The notes: generated from the sequence alone by a model not told the origin. Counted from the stretch's first letter, positions 7,857-18,084 are shown. The stretch: 64,000 bases of DNA from an uncultured bacterium (GCA_965368975.1 CBDUPA010000008.1:160001-224000), one strand, 5' to 3'. Numbers and translations: made by a program.

Positions 7857-10800
7857 TCAGTCTGTGCGGACGGTGCTGAAGTCGAGGTTCTCGAGTCGTC
7901 GCAGCATGGCCAGGAACGAGACGGTGCGGCCCGGCTGGGCATTGACGACGTCGATTGGCAACGGCAGGCGGCCGCGTAGGAAGAGTTCCTTGTCGCCGCG
8001 CCGTTCCAGGCCGCGCAGCAGGAAGACATCGTTGTCCAGCTCCATCTCGACGCCCAGGCTGGAATAGGTATAGCGGTCGAACAAGCGTTGCAGACCGCGG
8101 TCGAGCAAGGTGGCGCTCTGGGCACCGGTCCCGAGGATGGTGAGGTTGCGCACTGCTTTGACGCTGACGGTGCGCGACACGCGGTTTTCGTCGACGCTGC
8201 GCAGGCGCGCTCGGAAGCGTATTGGTGTGCCGCGGAATAGCTCGCAGTCGCGCAGCTGCCCCTCGACGCTGCCGGTCATCTCGCCGAAGTCGAGTCGGCG
8301 GGTGAATTGCAGCAGGTCGATGTCGCTGAAGTCGGCGGAGAAGACGAAGCGCGGGTAGCCGGTGAGGATGTCGCGACCGGAGATGTCGCCGATGCGTACG
8401 CTGCCACCAAACACCGAGATCTCGCCACCGCCCTCGACCGTCAGCTCGCCGCCGCCATCGCCCTCGAAGCTGTGCAAAGTGATGTGTGGCAGCTGACCGT
8501 CGATGTTGCCTTCGAGCGGGAACAGGCCGAGCGTTGTGGCGACGCGCTCGAGCTGCAACTGATGCAACTGGATCGCGGTCTCGATGCGGCGGGCCTCGGC
8601 ATCCAGGAGATCGTGCAGGGCCAGCTGGCGCAGCTCGACGTGGCCGTCGAAGAGGGGCAGCACCAGCGGCTCGGTGACGCGCACACTGTCTCGCTCGCTG
8701 CGCAGCGACGTGCGCGTCCCTTGCACTTCGAGGCCGCGGAAACGGAAACGCTGGAAGGCGAGACTGCCCTGGCTTGTTGGATTCGGAGGCCCTGTACTCG
8801 CCGATGCGTCACGGCGCAGGTCGAAGGGCAGGTCGAGCGCGACGCCGACGATGCGCGTCTCCTGGTCCGCTGAGGTGACCGACACGTCTTCCAGGCGCAG
8901 CTGGCCGTGAAGTTGTTCGTAGAGCTGTTCCTGCAGCTGCCCGATGAGCTGCCCGATGACTTGTGCGTCCGGCTGCTCGATCGGTTTCTCGGATTGCGAG
9001 GCGGGCAAGCGGGCCGCGGCGCTGAGGTGTAGCCGGCCGTCGAGGTCGAGGTCGCCGAGGACGTCCGGGAAGGTGGGTTGCAGGTAGCGTCGGTGACCGG
9101 GACCGAGACGTGGCCAGTCGATCTCGGTCTGGAGCTGCAGCGGCTCTTTGCTGCCGCTGCTGTGCTGGAGGTTCAACTGCACCGTCGGTCCTTCGTGCAG
9201 GGTCAGACGCGAGGTGAGGTTGGCGCCGAGCTCGGGCAGGGAAGTCGTGCCGAGACCGTCGATGTGGCCGGTGATATCGAGGCGCGGGGCGGCGCCGCTG
9301 AGGTTGGCGTAGACGGTGCCCCACAGCACTTGCAGGCCGCGGCCGGTCGCCGCTTCGGCGCTCGTCGAGTGCAGTGCGAGCCGGAGCTGGTCGTCGATCT
9401 CGGTGCTGGCGGCCTCGACCTGCACGTCGAGGTCGAGACCGTCGACGACGCGCGAGTAGTCGGCCGAAGTGTAGGCGCCGCCGCGCACTTCCAGCGGACC
9501 GGTGAGGCTCCAGGTGGGGGCTGCCAGGCCGAGCGCGTCGAGCTGTACGTGCACGCCGTGGGCGCGCAGGCTTCCTCCGTAGCTGGCCTGAGCGCTGCTC
9601 TCCGGGTCGAGCGACAGCTCGGCGAGCAGATTCGGGTGCAGCAGCGCGCGCACGCTCTCGAGGGTGAAGGCCTCGCTGTCGAGCTGGGCTTCGAGGTGTA
9701 GGGGCTGCTCGCGATCGCTGTGCCAGTCGCCCTCGGCGCGCAGTTCTCCGATCCCCGGCAGCCGCAGGTGTGCCTGCCGGAAGCGAGCCTCGAGAGCTTG
9801 TCCGAGCGGGCCACCGAGGCCCTCGATGTTTCCGTGTACCGTCAGCTCGACCGGCTGCGCTGCCGCCAGCTGGGGCACGAGGACATTCCCCCGAAAGTCG
9901 AGCTGATGGATGCGCACGGGTGCCGCCAGCAGGGAGGTCTCCACGGACGGCGACCAGGACACCTGAGCTTGCAGGCTGCCCTGCCGCAGCATCCAGGGGG
10001 TGGGCGAGACGCTGGTGAGCAGCCGTGCCGTCAGGCGGCTGCCGCTGACGGCAGCGTGCAGCTCGGGCGCCGTCCAGGTGCCTGCCAAACTACCGGTGGC
10101 CGAGACCGGGCCGACGACCTGCAAGTCGGTGCCACCGTCTGCCGCGGTGTAGCGCAGCGGTGCCAACGACAGGTTGAGCACACCTGTCTGCCAGGCGAGT
10201 TCAGCTGGCTCGTGCAGGTTGAGCGGCCAGCGGCCGTCAGCGGTCATGAGCGGTAGGTGCGGGCCGGGTTCGACGCTGAGCTGGCCATGTAGGCTGAGCG
10301 GTAAGGGCGGCAGAAGCTGCTGGGAGGCCGAGGTGCTGTCCCGCTCTGCGGGTGGATCAAAGCGGCCGGTGAGCTGCAGACTGAGCGGGAAGGGCGTGGG
10401 CCAGGCTGGCCCGAGGACGGGCTCGGCACCGCCACCATCGAGGCTGAGCGCCACGTCGACTTGCGTGGGCTGACCGTCTGCCAGGTGCACCTCGGCACGC
10501 ACGGGGCCGAGGCGGTGTCCTGCCAGCCGGAGGAGAGCTTGCGTCGAGTCCACGGGCAGCTCGACGATCTCGAACAACGGTCCCAGCGGGACGCTCGGTG
10601 CGTCAGGTAGCGTCGTGAGGGTCAATCGTCCGCGGAGCGCGGCGGAGCCGATGTCGAACAGGCTGCCTTCGACGTAGAAGTCGGCACGCTGCGCCTCCGA
10701 GCGCAGGGTCAGGCGCACGCCGTCGAGTTGGAGTTCCCCGACCTGCGGCAGGGGTTCCGGCGCGGCTTCGGGAGGCGCGGTGGCTGTGGCCGGTGCAGGT

Positions 10801-11189
10801 TCCGTTGCGGCTTGCGACGGTGGCTGCAGCCGCGCTCGCGCGTCGTGCGCGTGCAGACGGTCGAAGCGGCCGGCGCGTGCGTCGTCGAGCTGGGCTTCGA
10901 CGTCCAGGCGGCCGATGCACAGCTGTTCCAGATGCGGCAGCCCCGGCAACCGGCGCAAGCAGAGTTCGTGCAGGCGGAAAGAGTGCGTGCCCAGGATCTG
11001 CAAGCGTCCCAAGGATACGTCGCCGCCCAGCCGCTCGGCGATGGCCTGGCGCACCAGCCGTCGGGGCAGGTCGCGATGCCACCAGACCGCGGCACCGGCG
11101 ATGACGAAGCCGAGCAGAAGCAGGGCTAGACTCCAGCGTAGCCAGCGGGCTGCGAACCAGCGGCGGGAGTGGGTAGAAAGTCGAGTCAT
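7857..11189 (-). CDS. YdbH/AsmA-like intermembrane bridge protein
   Basis: N-terminal TM anchor, long beta-rich body, YdbH-like C-terminus; directly upstream of the YdbL-like gene; start uncertain. Confidence 0.7.
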   Translation of the reverse strand: MTRLSTHSRRWFAARWLRWSLALLLLGFVIAGAAVWWHRDLPRRLVRQAIAERLGGDVSLGRLQILGTHSFRLHELCLRRLPGLPHLEQLCIGRLDVEAQLDDARAGRFDRLHAHDARARLQPPSQAATEPAPATATAPPEAAPEPLPQVGELQLDGVRLTLRSEAQRADFYVEGSLFDIGSAALRGRLTLTTLPDAPSVPLGPLFEIVELPVDSTQALLRLAGHRLGPVRAEVHLADGQPTQVDVALSLDGGGAEPVLGPAWPTPFPLSLQLTGRFDPPAERDSTSASQQLLPPLPLSLHGQLSVEPGPHLPLMTADGRWPLNLHEPAELAWQTGVLNLSLAPLRYTAADGGTDLQVVGPVSATGSLAGTWTAPELHAAVSGSRLTARLLTSVSPTPWMLRQGSLQAQVSWSPSVETSLLAAPVRIHQLDFRGNVLVPQLAAAQPVELTVHGNIEGLGGPLGQALEARFRQAHLRLPGIGELRAEGDWHSDREQPLHLEAQLDSEAFTLESVRALLHPNLLAELSLDPESSAQASYGGSLRAHGVHVQLDALGLAAPTWSLTGPLEVRGGAYTSADYSRVVDGLDLDVQVEAASTEIDDQLRLALHSTSAEAATGRGLQVLWGTVYANLSGAAPRLDITGHIDGLGTTSLPELGANLTSRLTLHEGPTVQLNLQHSSGSKEPLQLQTEIDWPRLGPGHRRYLQPTFPDVLGDLDLDGRLHLSAAARLPASQSEKPIEQPDAQVIGQLIGQLQEQLYEQLHGQLRLEDVSVTSADQETRIVGVALDLPFDLRRDASASTGPPNPTSQGSLAFQRFRFRGLEVQGTRTSLRSERDSVRVTEPLVLPLFDGHVELRQLALHDLLDAEARRIETAIQLHQLQLERVATTLGLFPLEGNIDGQLPHITLHSFEGDGGGELTVEGGGEISVFGGSVRIGDISGRDILTGYPRFVFSADFSDIDLLQFTRRLDFGEMTGSVEGQLRDCELFRGTPIRFRARLRSVDENRVSRTVSVKAVRNLTILGTGAQSATLLDRGLQRLFDRYTYSSLGVEMELDNDVFLLRGLERRGDKELFLRGRLPLPIDVVNAQPGRTVSFLAMLRRLENLDFSTVRTD

Positions 11190-11270
11190 CACTCTGCCAG
11201 TGTATTCGACGACTCCTTCCAACGGGCTCTTCTAGCGGGCGCCTCCAACTGGCTGTCCTGGCTAAAGAGC

Positions 11271-11316
11271 AAAAATGCCCGGTGTGGTCGGGAGCTGGAC
11301 TCCTCTCCACACCGGG
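11271..11316 (-). terminator. Intrinsic terminator-like hairpin
   Basis: CCCGGTGTGG..CCACACCGGG stem followed on the minus strand by CATTTTT. Confidence 0.55.
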
Positions 11317-11552
11317 TCCTCCTTCTACTCACCTCCCTCCGCAGAGGAAAGGTCAATTGGACCTCTGCGGCCGTGCGCACATTCCCAAGCTACTTCCAAA
11401 CTCGCGCTACTTGCGATTGGCTCTACTCTCGTGCAGAGCCTACCTGAGTAGGTCCCGAACTCGGAGGCGCGCCGGGAATACTGGCGCTCCGTCGGACGTT
11501 TTCGAATGGTTGGAGTGTAGCGCGGAGCAGGATCGGGATGCAAGTCCCGCCA

Positions 11553-11631
11553 ATTCATAGCGCCCTCTTCTGCGTGGCGGCCTCTTGTTCGTAGCGCCCT
11601 CTTATTCGTAGCGCCCTCCTATTCGTAGCGC
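11553..11631. repeat. 17-bp tandem repeat (3 copies plus 1 spaced copy) including the permease stop codon
   Basis: cctcttgttcgtagcgc / cctcttattcgtagcgc / cctcctattcgtagcgc at 11581-11631; related copy attcatagcgccctctt at 11553. Confidence 0.85.
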
Positions 11632-14075
11632 AGAGCGACCAAGGGATCGACCGATGCCGCTCGTCGTGCTGGCAGAAGGGTCGCCAGGGTCGCGACCGTG
11701 AGCAGCACGATGCTGACGGTCAGGAAGGTGACCGGATCGCGCGCTTCGACCTGGAAGATCTGGCTCTCTAGGCCCATGGCGATCAGGAAGCCGAGCGGCA
11801 AGCCGAAAAGCAGGCCGACAACTGTCTGGCGTAGCCCTTGTCGCAGGACCAGCTGCAGCACGTCTCGCTGACCGGCGCCGAAAGCCATGCGTACCCCCAT
11901 CTCCTGGGTACGTTGTGCCACCGCAAAGGCCATGACGCCGTAGAGGCCGACGCAGGCCAGCAGCAGAGCACCGATGCCGAAGGAGGAGAAGATCGTCGAG
12001 ATGAGGTTGGGAAAGTAGAGCGTCGAGGCCAGCACCTGATCCATGGAGCGTACGAAGTAGAGCGGAAGGTCAGCGTCGAGGCGCAGCACGGCCTGGCGCA
12101 AACCGTGGGTGTAAGCCAGCGGGTCGCCATGTGTCTTGGCGATGATCCAGGCGAAGCGGGGTGGATTCTGGGCTAGTGGCACGTAGATCGCCTGCTGGTC
12201 TGCGGCGTTGTCGAATTCGGCGAAGCGCAGGTCTGGCACCAGCCCGACGACCTGGACCACTCCGGCCTCGGCGTCTTGGGCTTCCAACGCCTCGCCCATC
12301 CACAGGTCGAGGCGCTTGCCGAGTGGGCTCTCATCTGGCCATTCGCGCTCGGCGAAGCTCTGGTTCACCAGCACCACTCGCGGCGCGCCGTCACGGTCGG
12401 CGACGGAGAAGTCGCGGCCGGCGAGTAACTGCAGGCCGAACGTCTCGAAATAGCCAGGGCCGACTACCGTGAGGCGGGACAAGGGCATCTGGTCCGGCCG
12501 CTCGTAGCTCTCGCCGGGACGTTCGAAGTAGGTGCTACCGCCGCCACCAATCTCGGTGTCGACCGGGATCACCGTGCCGATGGCTGCGCTGGCGACCTCG
12601 GGCGAGGAAGCGACTTCCTACTGTAGCCGCTCGAAGAAGTCGGTCCAGTTGGCGGGATCCGGATAGTCTCCCTCGAACAAACCGACGCGCGCGGTCAGTA
12701 TATTGTCGCCGTCGAGCCGAAGGTCGTAGCTGTTGGCGGCCAGAACGCCGCGAACGGTCAGCACAGCTCCTACCAGGAGGGCGCAGGAGAGTGCCACCTC
12801 TGCGACCACCAGGGCACGACTGGCAAGGCCGACACGAGAGCCGGTTGTGCCGCGGCTGGAGTCCTGGAGGATCAGGTTGACGTTCGGCCGCATCACCTGC
12901 AGAGCCGGTAGCAGGGCGGCGGCCAGCGCGGCGATGAGGGTAGTTGCCACAACGAAGAGCAGCACGCGCTGGTTGATATCGAACTGGAACCAGAAAAGCC
13001 GGTCATCGCCCTTCAGGGACACGTCGAAAGCGCGCACGGCAAAGTGGGCTCCTATGGTGCCCAAGATGGCTCCAATAGATGCCAACAAGGCCGATTCGGC
13101 GACGACCTGCGCCACCAAGTGGCCGCGCCCAGAACCGAGGGCGGCGCGGATGGCCAGCTCTCGGCCGCGCAGGGTGGCGCGCCCGGCCAGGATGTTGGCA
13201 ACGTTGGCGCAGGCGATGAGCAAGACGAGGAGCACTGCGGTCATCATGATCCCGAGCATCCGTCGTTCGCCCTCACCAATGAACTCGTGGATGTAGGGCT
13301 GGACTACTGCTCCGACGCCGGCATTGGACTCAGGGTAGGCTTCGGCGAGCCGCTCGGCGATCAGCTGCATCTCCAGAGCCGCCTGCTCGAGACCGACGCC
13401 ATCCTTGAGCCGACCGAAGACCTCGACCGTGTAGTCCGCCTGGCCGCGCGGTTCACTGGTAACGTCGATTGCGCGCGGGATCCAGACGCTTTGGTTGATC
13501 GGGAACTCAAAATCTGGCGGCATCACACCGATCACAGTCGTTGGCTGCGAGTTGGCTCGGATCACACTGCCGACGATTGTGGGGTCGCCGCCGAAGCGCT
13601 TCTGCCAGATGTCATGGCCGAGCAGGATCGTGGCTGCAGCGTCGGGAGCGACGTCCTCTTGCTGGAAGTCGCGGCCAAGGGTCGGCTGCAGGTCCAGGAT
13701 GTCGAGAAAGTTGTAGGTGACGAAGGCGCCGTCATAGCGTTCCGGCAGTTCGCCGGCACCCGAGAGATTGACGGTACCGGTGCTGAAGCCGGCCAGTCCT
13801 TCGAAGCTGGTCTGCTGGGCCTGCCAATCGGCCAGGTCGTGGTACGGAACTTCCATGCTGGAGACGCCGCGCTCGAGGTTGTTGCGCTCCAGGTGCACGA
13901 GTTCGTGTGCCTGCTCGAAGGGCAGGCCTCGCAGCAGAATTCCGTCGACGATGGCGTACATGCTGGCGGTCAGGCCGATGCCGAGAGCCATGGCGAAGAT
14001 GGCGATGGCCGTCGAGGCTGGCTTCTTGCGCAGCATGCGGAAGGCGAAGCGGAGGGTACTGAGGATGGAATCCAT
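11619..14075 (-). pseudogene. ADOP-type duplicated MacB/FtsX ABC permease with one in-frame TAG at 12618-12620
   Basis: Frame continues FFERLQ*EVASSPEVASAAIGTVIPVDT into the 11619-12572 ORF; IACANVAN, RELAIRAALG, RTQEMGVRMAFGA and DPLVALRYE motifs. Confidence 0.8.
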
Positions 14076-14174
14076 GACGGCTGCTCCTGTCGGGATCTCG
14101 GGGAAGACGCTGGGCGCGTCCGGGTAGTGTCTCTTGACCAGCTTTACGCCAGCAGGCCGAAGAATGTTTCCCCG

Positions 14175-14591
14175 CTAGAGGGTTGCCAGGCGCTGGCCGC
14201 ACCAGGCGCCGAGCAGTCCCAACAGCGGACTGCCCAGGCCGTAGACCGCCGCCGCGGTGAAGCGCTGGGCTTGTAGCAAGTAGAGCGCTTCCAGGCTGAA
14301 GGTGGAGAAGGTCGTGTAGCTGCCGAGCAAGCCGATCAGGAGCAGGGAGCGCACGTCCGGATGCACAGTCAGTCGGTCGGCGAAGAGACCGGCGAGTAGG
14401 CCGAGCAGCAGGCAACCGGAGAGGTTGACCGCAAAGGTTCCCCAGGGGAACTGCCAGTCGGGTCGTGCCCGCAACACCCAAGTCTGGACCCAGCCGGCGA
14501 CCTGGTAGCGCAGCAGTGCTCCGGCTGCGCCGCCGCTGGCGACGGCGAGGTAGGGCAGGTAGGCGGGCGGCACGTGGGCGGTGACGGACAT
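14175..14591 (-). CDS. crcB: Fluoride efflux channel FluC/CrcB
   Basis: GGAAGALLRY, FPWGTFAVNLSG and GLLGSYTTFSTF motifs. Confidence 0.93.
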   Translation of the reverse strand: MSVTAHVPPAYLPYLAVASGGAAGALLRYQVAGWVQTWVLRARPDWQFPWGTFAVNLSGCLLLGLLAGLFADRLTVHPDVRSLLLIGLLGSYTTFSTFSLEALYLLQAQRFTAAAVYGLGSPLLGLLGAWCGQRLATL

Positions 14592-14638
14592 GGCCGGGGA
14601 TTGTACCCGACCGCCAGTGAGGACGCTTCCCAGACCGG

Positions 14639-15337
14639 CTAGCCGACGAACTTGTACCCCATACGGTGTACCGTTACCAGGAAACGTGGATCGGACGGCC
14701 GGTCCTCGATCTTCTTGCGCAGCTTGGCGATGTGGGTGTCGACGGTGCGGGTGAAGGGGATGTGTTCGTAGCCCCACACCTCGTCGAGCAGCTGCTCGCG
14801 GCTCACCACTTCGCCGTGATGGCGGACGAAGTACTGCAGCAGGTGGAACTCGCGCGGCGACAGCTCCAGCGGTTCGCCGCCCTTGCTGGCCTCGTGGCGG
14901 CGGAAGTCCAGCACCACATCGCCAAAGGCGAAACGGTCCGGTGCCAGCATGCTGCTCCCGGATCCGTTGACCCGCCGCAGGATGGCCTCGGCGCGGGCCG
15001 TCAACTCCATGAAGCTGAACGGCTTGGTGACGTAGTCGTCGGCGCCCAGTTTGAGGCCGAGGACCTTGTCGATTTCCTGCCCGCGCGCGGTGAGCATGAT
15101 GATCGGTACGTCGTTGCCGTCGTTGCGCAGCCGCTTGCACACATCCAGGCCGGTCATGCGCGGCAACATGACGTCGAGGATCACGATGTCGGGGCTGGTC
15201 TCACTGGCCAGGCGTAGTCCAGCGGCGCCGTCGCGCGCCAGGATGACTTCGTAACCTTCATAGTGGAAGCCATCCCGTAGAGCTACGGCCATGGCTTCGT
15301 CGTCTTCTACGATCAGAGCGCGGCGTGCGGTACTCAA
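14639..15337 (-). CDS. OmpR/PhoB-family response regulator
   Basis: [23 protein letters not shown], winged-helix [13 protein letters not shown]; TTG start with GGAGG RBS. Confidence 0.93.
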   Translation of the reverse strand: MSTARRALIVEDDEAMAVALRDGFHYEGYEVILARDGAAGLRLASETSPDIVILDVMLPRMTGLDVCKRLRNDGNDVPIIMLTARGQEIDKVLGLKLGADDYVTKPFSFMELTARAEAILRRVNGSGSSMLAPDRFAFGDVVLDFRRHEASKGGEPLELSPREFHLLQYFVRHHGEVVSREQLLDEVWGYEHIPFTRTVDTHIAKLRKKIEDRPSDPRFLVTVHRMGYKFVG

Positions 15338-15457
15338 GACAAGAACCTCCCGAAGGTGGTTGAAACGGACTGCGGGGCCCCAGAAACTTGCATCTCTGGA
15401 GTCCATATACTCCGCCCGTGTTCGGAGGTTGCACGCCGAGTGGGAATTCCTCGCGTT

Positions 15458-17320
15458 CTAACTTGGGGAACCAGCGGTTTGCGCCGGCAGGGGGTGGACG
15501 TCGGGGAGGGAGCGAGCTTCCGGCAGCGGCAGTAGGATCGAGAAGGTGCTGCCTTTGCCCAATTCACTGTCGACGCGGATCTCGCCGCCGTGCGCCTCGA
15601 CGATGTGGCGCACGATCGACAGGCCAAGACCGCTGCCGCGCACGTCGTGTACCAGACCCGTGCCGACGCGGTGGAAGCGATCGAAGATCTTGCCTTGCTC
15701 GGCACGCGAGATGCCGATTCCGTGATCCCGTACCGACAGCACGGCCTGCTTGCCCTGACGCCGCAGCCGCACCTCGATACGCTCCTGTTGGTTGCCGGAC
15801 TTCGCAACCCCAAGCTCGGCGTTACCAGCCGAGTCAAGCGTCGAGTCTTTGAGCACTGAGTATTTGAGAGCATTGTCGAGCAAGTTGTAGATCGCCTGCG
15901 CGATGGCCCCGCTGTCGAGTTGCAGCTCGGGCAACGGTGCCACCGGCCGCTCGACCTGCAGCTCGAAGCCCTGGCGCTGCAGCCGCACGGTGCACGTCTT
16001 GAGCGTGTCGTCCAGCACACCCTCGAGGCTCGCTGGCTCGAAGCTGTACTCCTTGCGCCCGGACTCGATGCGCGAGAAGTCCAGGATGTTGCAGATCAGC
16101 TGGGTCAGGCGCCGGCTTTCACCCTCGATGTACTCGCCGTATTCGCGCACCTTGGCGGCTTCGGTCACCCGCCCCAGGCGCATCAGCTCGCCGAAGGCGC
16201 GGATCGACGCCAGCGGTGTGCGCAGTTCGTGCGAGACGTTGGAGACGAAATCGTTCTTCATCTCGGACAGATGCATCGCTTTGGACGCCGCGCGCAGCGC
16301 CAGCGCGATGCCGCCGATCAGCACCAACCCGAGGCCGAGCGACAGCGTCAGGTTGAAGGCGAAGTTGGTGCGCGCCCACTCGGCTGGTGAGGTCGAGAGG
16401 TTGCGTAGCACGATCTTCCAATCCTTGAACAGGAAGGTGAAGTTGGCCTCGACCGCCTGTTCTCGGGCCTCTTCGTCGGCGCGGAGGGCTGTGAGCTGTG
16501 CGGGCGACGGATCCAGAGGCCACACCAGATTGCTGGCACTGTCGAACACCGCGACCCGGAATTCCTCGCGGTAGCTGGATTCCGGCAATGCCGTCTCGAC
16601 GGCGTGCGCCAGCACCTCACGGCGGAAGTAGTCCTGGTCGACGATCAGCCCGACGAGGCCCTGGAGATAACCGTCGTCGTCGGTGATGGTGTGCAACATG
16701 ATGCGGGTCGACGGATCCCGTTCGTCCGTCGAGTAGATGTCGGTCTCCAGTGGCTGGCGTTCCTTGAAGCGCCGGGTCCAGGGAGCCAGCGTGGCGTAGA
16801 TCGTTTGCGTCTCGCGCCAAGGTGGCTGTGCCAGCACCTCCCCGGAGTGTGGATCGTAGAGGGTCAACCAGGCGTCGCGCGGCTGGCTGTAGTCGACGGT
16901 GAACAGGCGCTGTACGCCTTGGACCTGGTTCTTGCGAAAGAAGTAGGGGATCTTGTAGGGGTACTCGCGCAGCATCGAAGCCGTCACGCCCAGGGCGTCC
17001 TGCGCGCCCTGGCGGTAGGAGTAGTAGGACTCCTTGACCACGGACTCGGCGTAGCTCTGCAACTCGGCCCGGCGCGCGATGGCTGACGTCTGCTCCAGGT
17101 CGGTCAGCCAGCGGTACTGCAGCAAGAGCATCACCAGTAAGGGGAGGATGACCACCGGCAGCATGCCCCACAAGGCACGCTGGCGTTGCCGCAGCTGTCC
17201 GGGTACGTGCAGGCGTTCAGGTCGGGATGGGCTAGAGGTGTTCATCTTCAGTTCGTTCTTGTCCTGACCGTTCATGTCCTGACCGTTCATGTCCAGGCCG
17301 TTCATGTCCAGGCCGTTCAT
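15458..17320 (-). CDS. Membrane sensor histidine kinase
   Basis: Two TM segments around a periplasmic domain; SHELRTPL, NLLDNALKY, DHGIGI and GSGLGL boxes; start ambiguous between 17245 and 17320. Confidence 0.9.
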   Translation of the reverse strand: MNGLDMNGLDMNGQDMNGQDKNELKMNTSSPSRPERLHVPGQLRQRQRALWGMLPVVILPLLVMLLLQYRWLTDLEQTSAIARRAELQSYAESVVKESYYSYRQGAQDALGVTASMLREYPYKIPYFFRKNQVQGVQRLFTVDYSQPRDAWLTLYDPHSGEVLAQPPWRETQTIYATLAPWTRRFKERQPLETDIYSTDERDPSTRIMLHTITDDDGYLQGLVGLIVDQDYFRREVLAHAVETALPESSYREEFRVAVFDSASNLVWPLDPSPAQLTALRADEEAREQAVEANFTFLFKDWKIVLRNLSTSPAEWARTNFAFNLTLSLGLGLVLIGGIALALRAASKAMHLSEMKNDFVSNVSHELRTPLASIRAFGELMRLGRVTEAAKVREYGEYIEGESRRLTQLICNILDFSRIESGRKEYSFEPASLEGVLDDTLKTCTVRLQRQGFELQVERPVAPLPELQLDSGAIAQAIYNLLDNALKYSVLKDSTLDSAGNAELGVAKSGNQQERIEVRLRRQGKQAVLSVRDHGIGISRAEQGKIFDRFHRVGTGLVHDVRGSGLGLSIVRHIVEAHGGEIRVDSELGKGSTFSILLPLPEARSLPDVHPLPAQTAGSPS

Positions 17321-17326
17321 GTCCAG
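17245..17326. repeat. 15-bp tandem repeat at the kinase 5' end (MNGLD/MNGQD)
   Basis: ccgttcatgtcc(tga/agg) units, about 4 copies plus degenerate ones. Confidence 0.9.
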
Positions 17327-17360
17327 ACAGTACGGCGCGCGAGCGTCGGTTGCTGCCGTC

Positions 17361-17389
17361 TTTACAACTCGTTGACATCTGGTACTACA
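17361..17389. promoter_or_regulatory. Candidate OmpR-type direct-repeat site or promoter in the divergent region
   Basis: TTTACA and TTGACA 11 bp apart, then ACTACA. Confidence 0.3.
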
Positions 17390-17499
17390 TATTACCTCTC
17401 CTTGATCACCTTCACATCGGGCCTGCGTACCACTTCTCATGAACGACGCGCCAGCCGGCGCATGACCATCGTCAAAGAAACCCTCAAGGAGATTGAACC

Positions 17500-17985
17500 A
17501 TGAAGCGCATTTCCCTCGTTGCCCTCGCCCTGGCCCTGATCGCCCTCGCTCCGTTCGCCGTGGCTGGCGACAAGAAAGCCGGCCACGACTGCGAGCAGAA
17601 CGCTCAGGACTGCCTGAACGCGATGCACGCCAAGCTGCAGAACCGGGGTTGGGTGGGGATCGAGACCGACAAGACCGACAGCGGTTACTACAAGATCGTG
17701 CGCGTCGAGCCGCACAGCCCGGCCGCCGAAGCCGGTCTGCGTGCTGGTGATGTGTTGGTGGCGCTCAACGGCATCTATCTGAGCGACGACAATCGCGAGC
17801 AGCTGGCCGAGGCCAAGCGTGCGCTCGCCCCGGGTGTCGAAGCCACGTACACCGTCAAGCGCGAAGGTGGCAAGCGGCAGATCGCGGTCACGCTGAGCCA
17901 CGTTCCGGCGACCGTGATGGCCGAGTGGGTAGGCCAGCACATGCTGCAGCACCACAGCCAGACCCAGATCGCCGCCGCCTATTGA
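17500..17985 (+). CDS. Secreted PDZ-domain protein
   Basis: Signal peptide; GWVGI, SPAAEAGLRAGDVLVALNG; AAGGAG RBS. Confidence 0.88.
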   Translation: MKRISLVALALALIALAPFAVAGDKKAGHDCEQNAQDCLNAMHAKLQNRGWVGIETDKTDSGYYKIVRVEPHSPAAEAGLRAGDVLVALNGIYLSDDNREQLAEAKRALAPGVEATYTVKREGGKRQIAVTLSHVPATVMAEWVGQHMLQHHSQTQIAAAY

Positions 17986-18020
17986 CGCCGAGCCTTCACT
18001 CCCTGCCTCCTTCCTTCCTC

Positions 18021-18068
18021 CCGGGGAGGAACCGGTTCACCGGTTCTTCCTCGGTCTTTTTCTGTTTT
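18021..18068 (+). terminator. Intrinsic terminator
   Basis: CCGGGGAGGAACCGG-TTCA-CCGGTTCTTCCTCGG followed by a T-rich tract. Confidence 0.8.
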
Positions 18069-18084
18069 CAGGAAGATCTGTGGG

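Noticed and set aside
12618-12620. Genome-wide TAG recoding or pyrrolysine
   Set aside because: TAG ends many normal-length genes here (e.g. gpsA, crcB, flavin reductase); no pyl genes in the window
13044-14276. Long antisense or alternate-frame ORFs (also 26989-28290, 30206-31552, 49934-51232, 61311-62633)
   Set aside because: Shadow ORFs expected in high-GC DNA opposite well-supported genes; no motifs
14592-14640. Fluoride riboswitch before crcB
   Set aside because: Only about 47 nt of intergenic space and no recognisable motif
18001-18020. CU-rich 3' UTR of the PDZ gene pairing with the GGA-rich element near 11320
   Set aside because: Only about 8 nt of low-complexity complementarity, expected by chance
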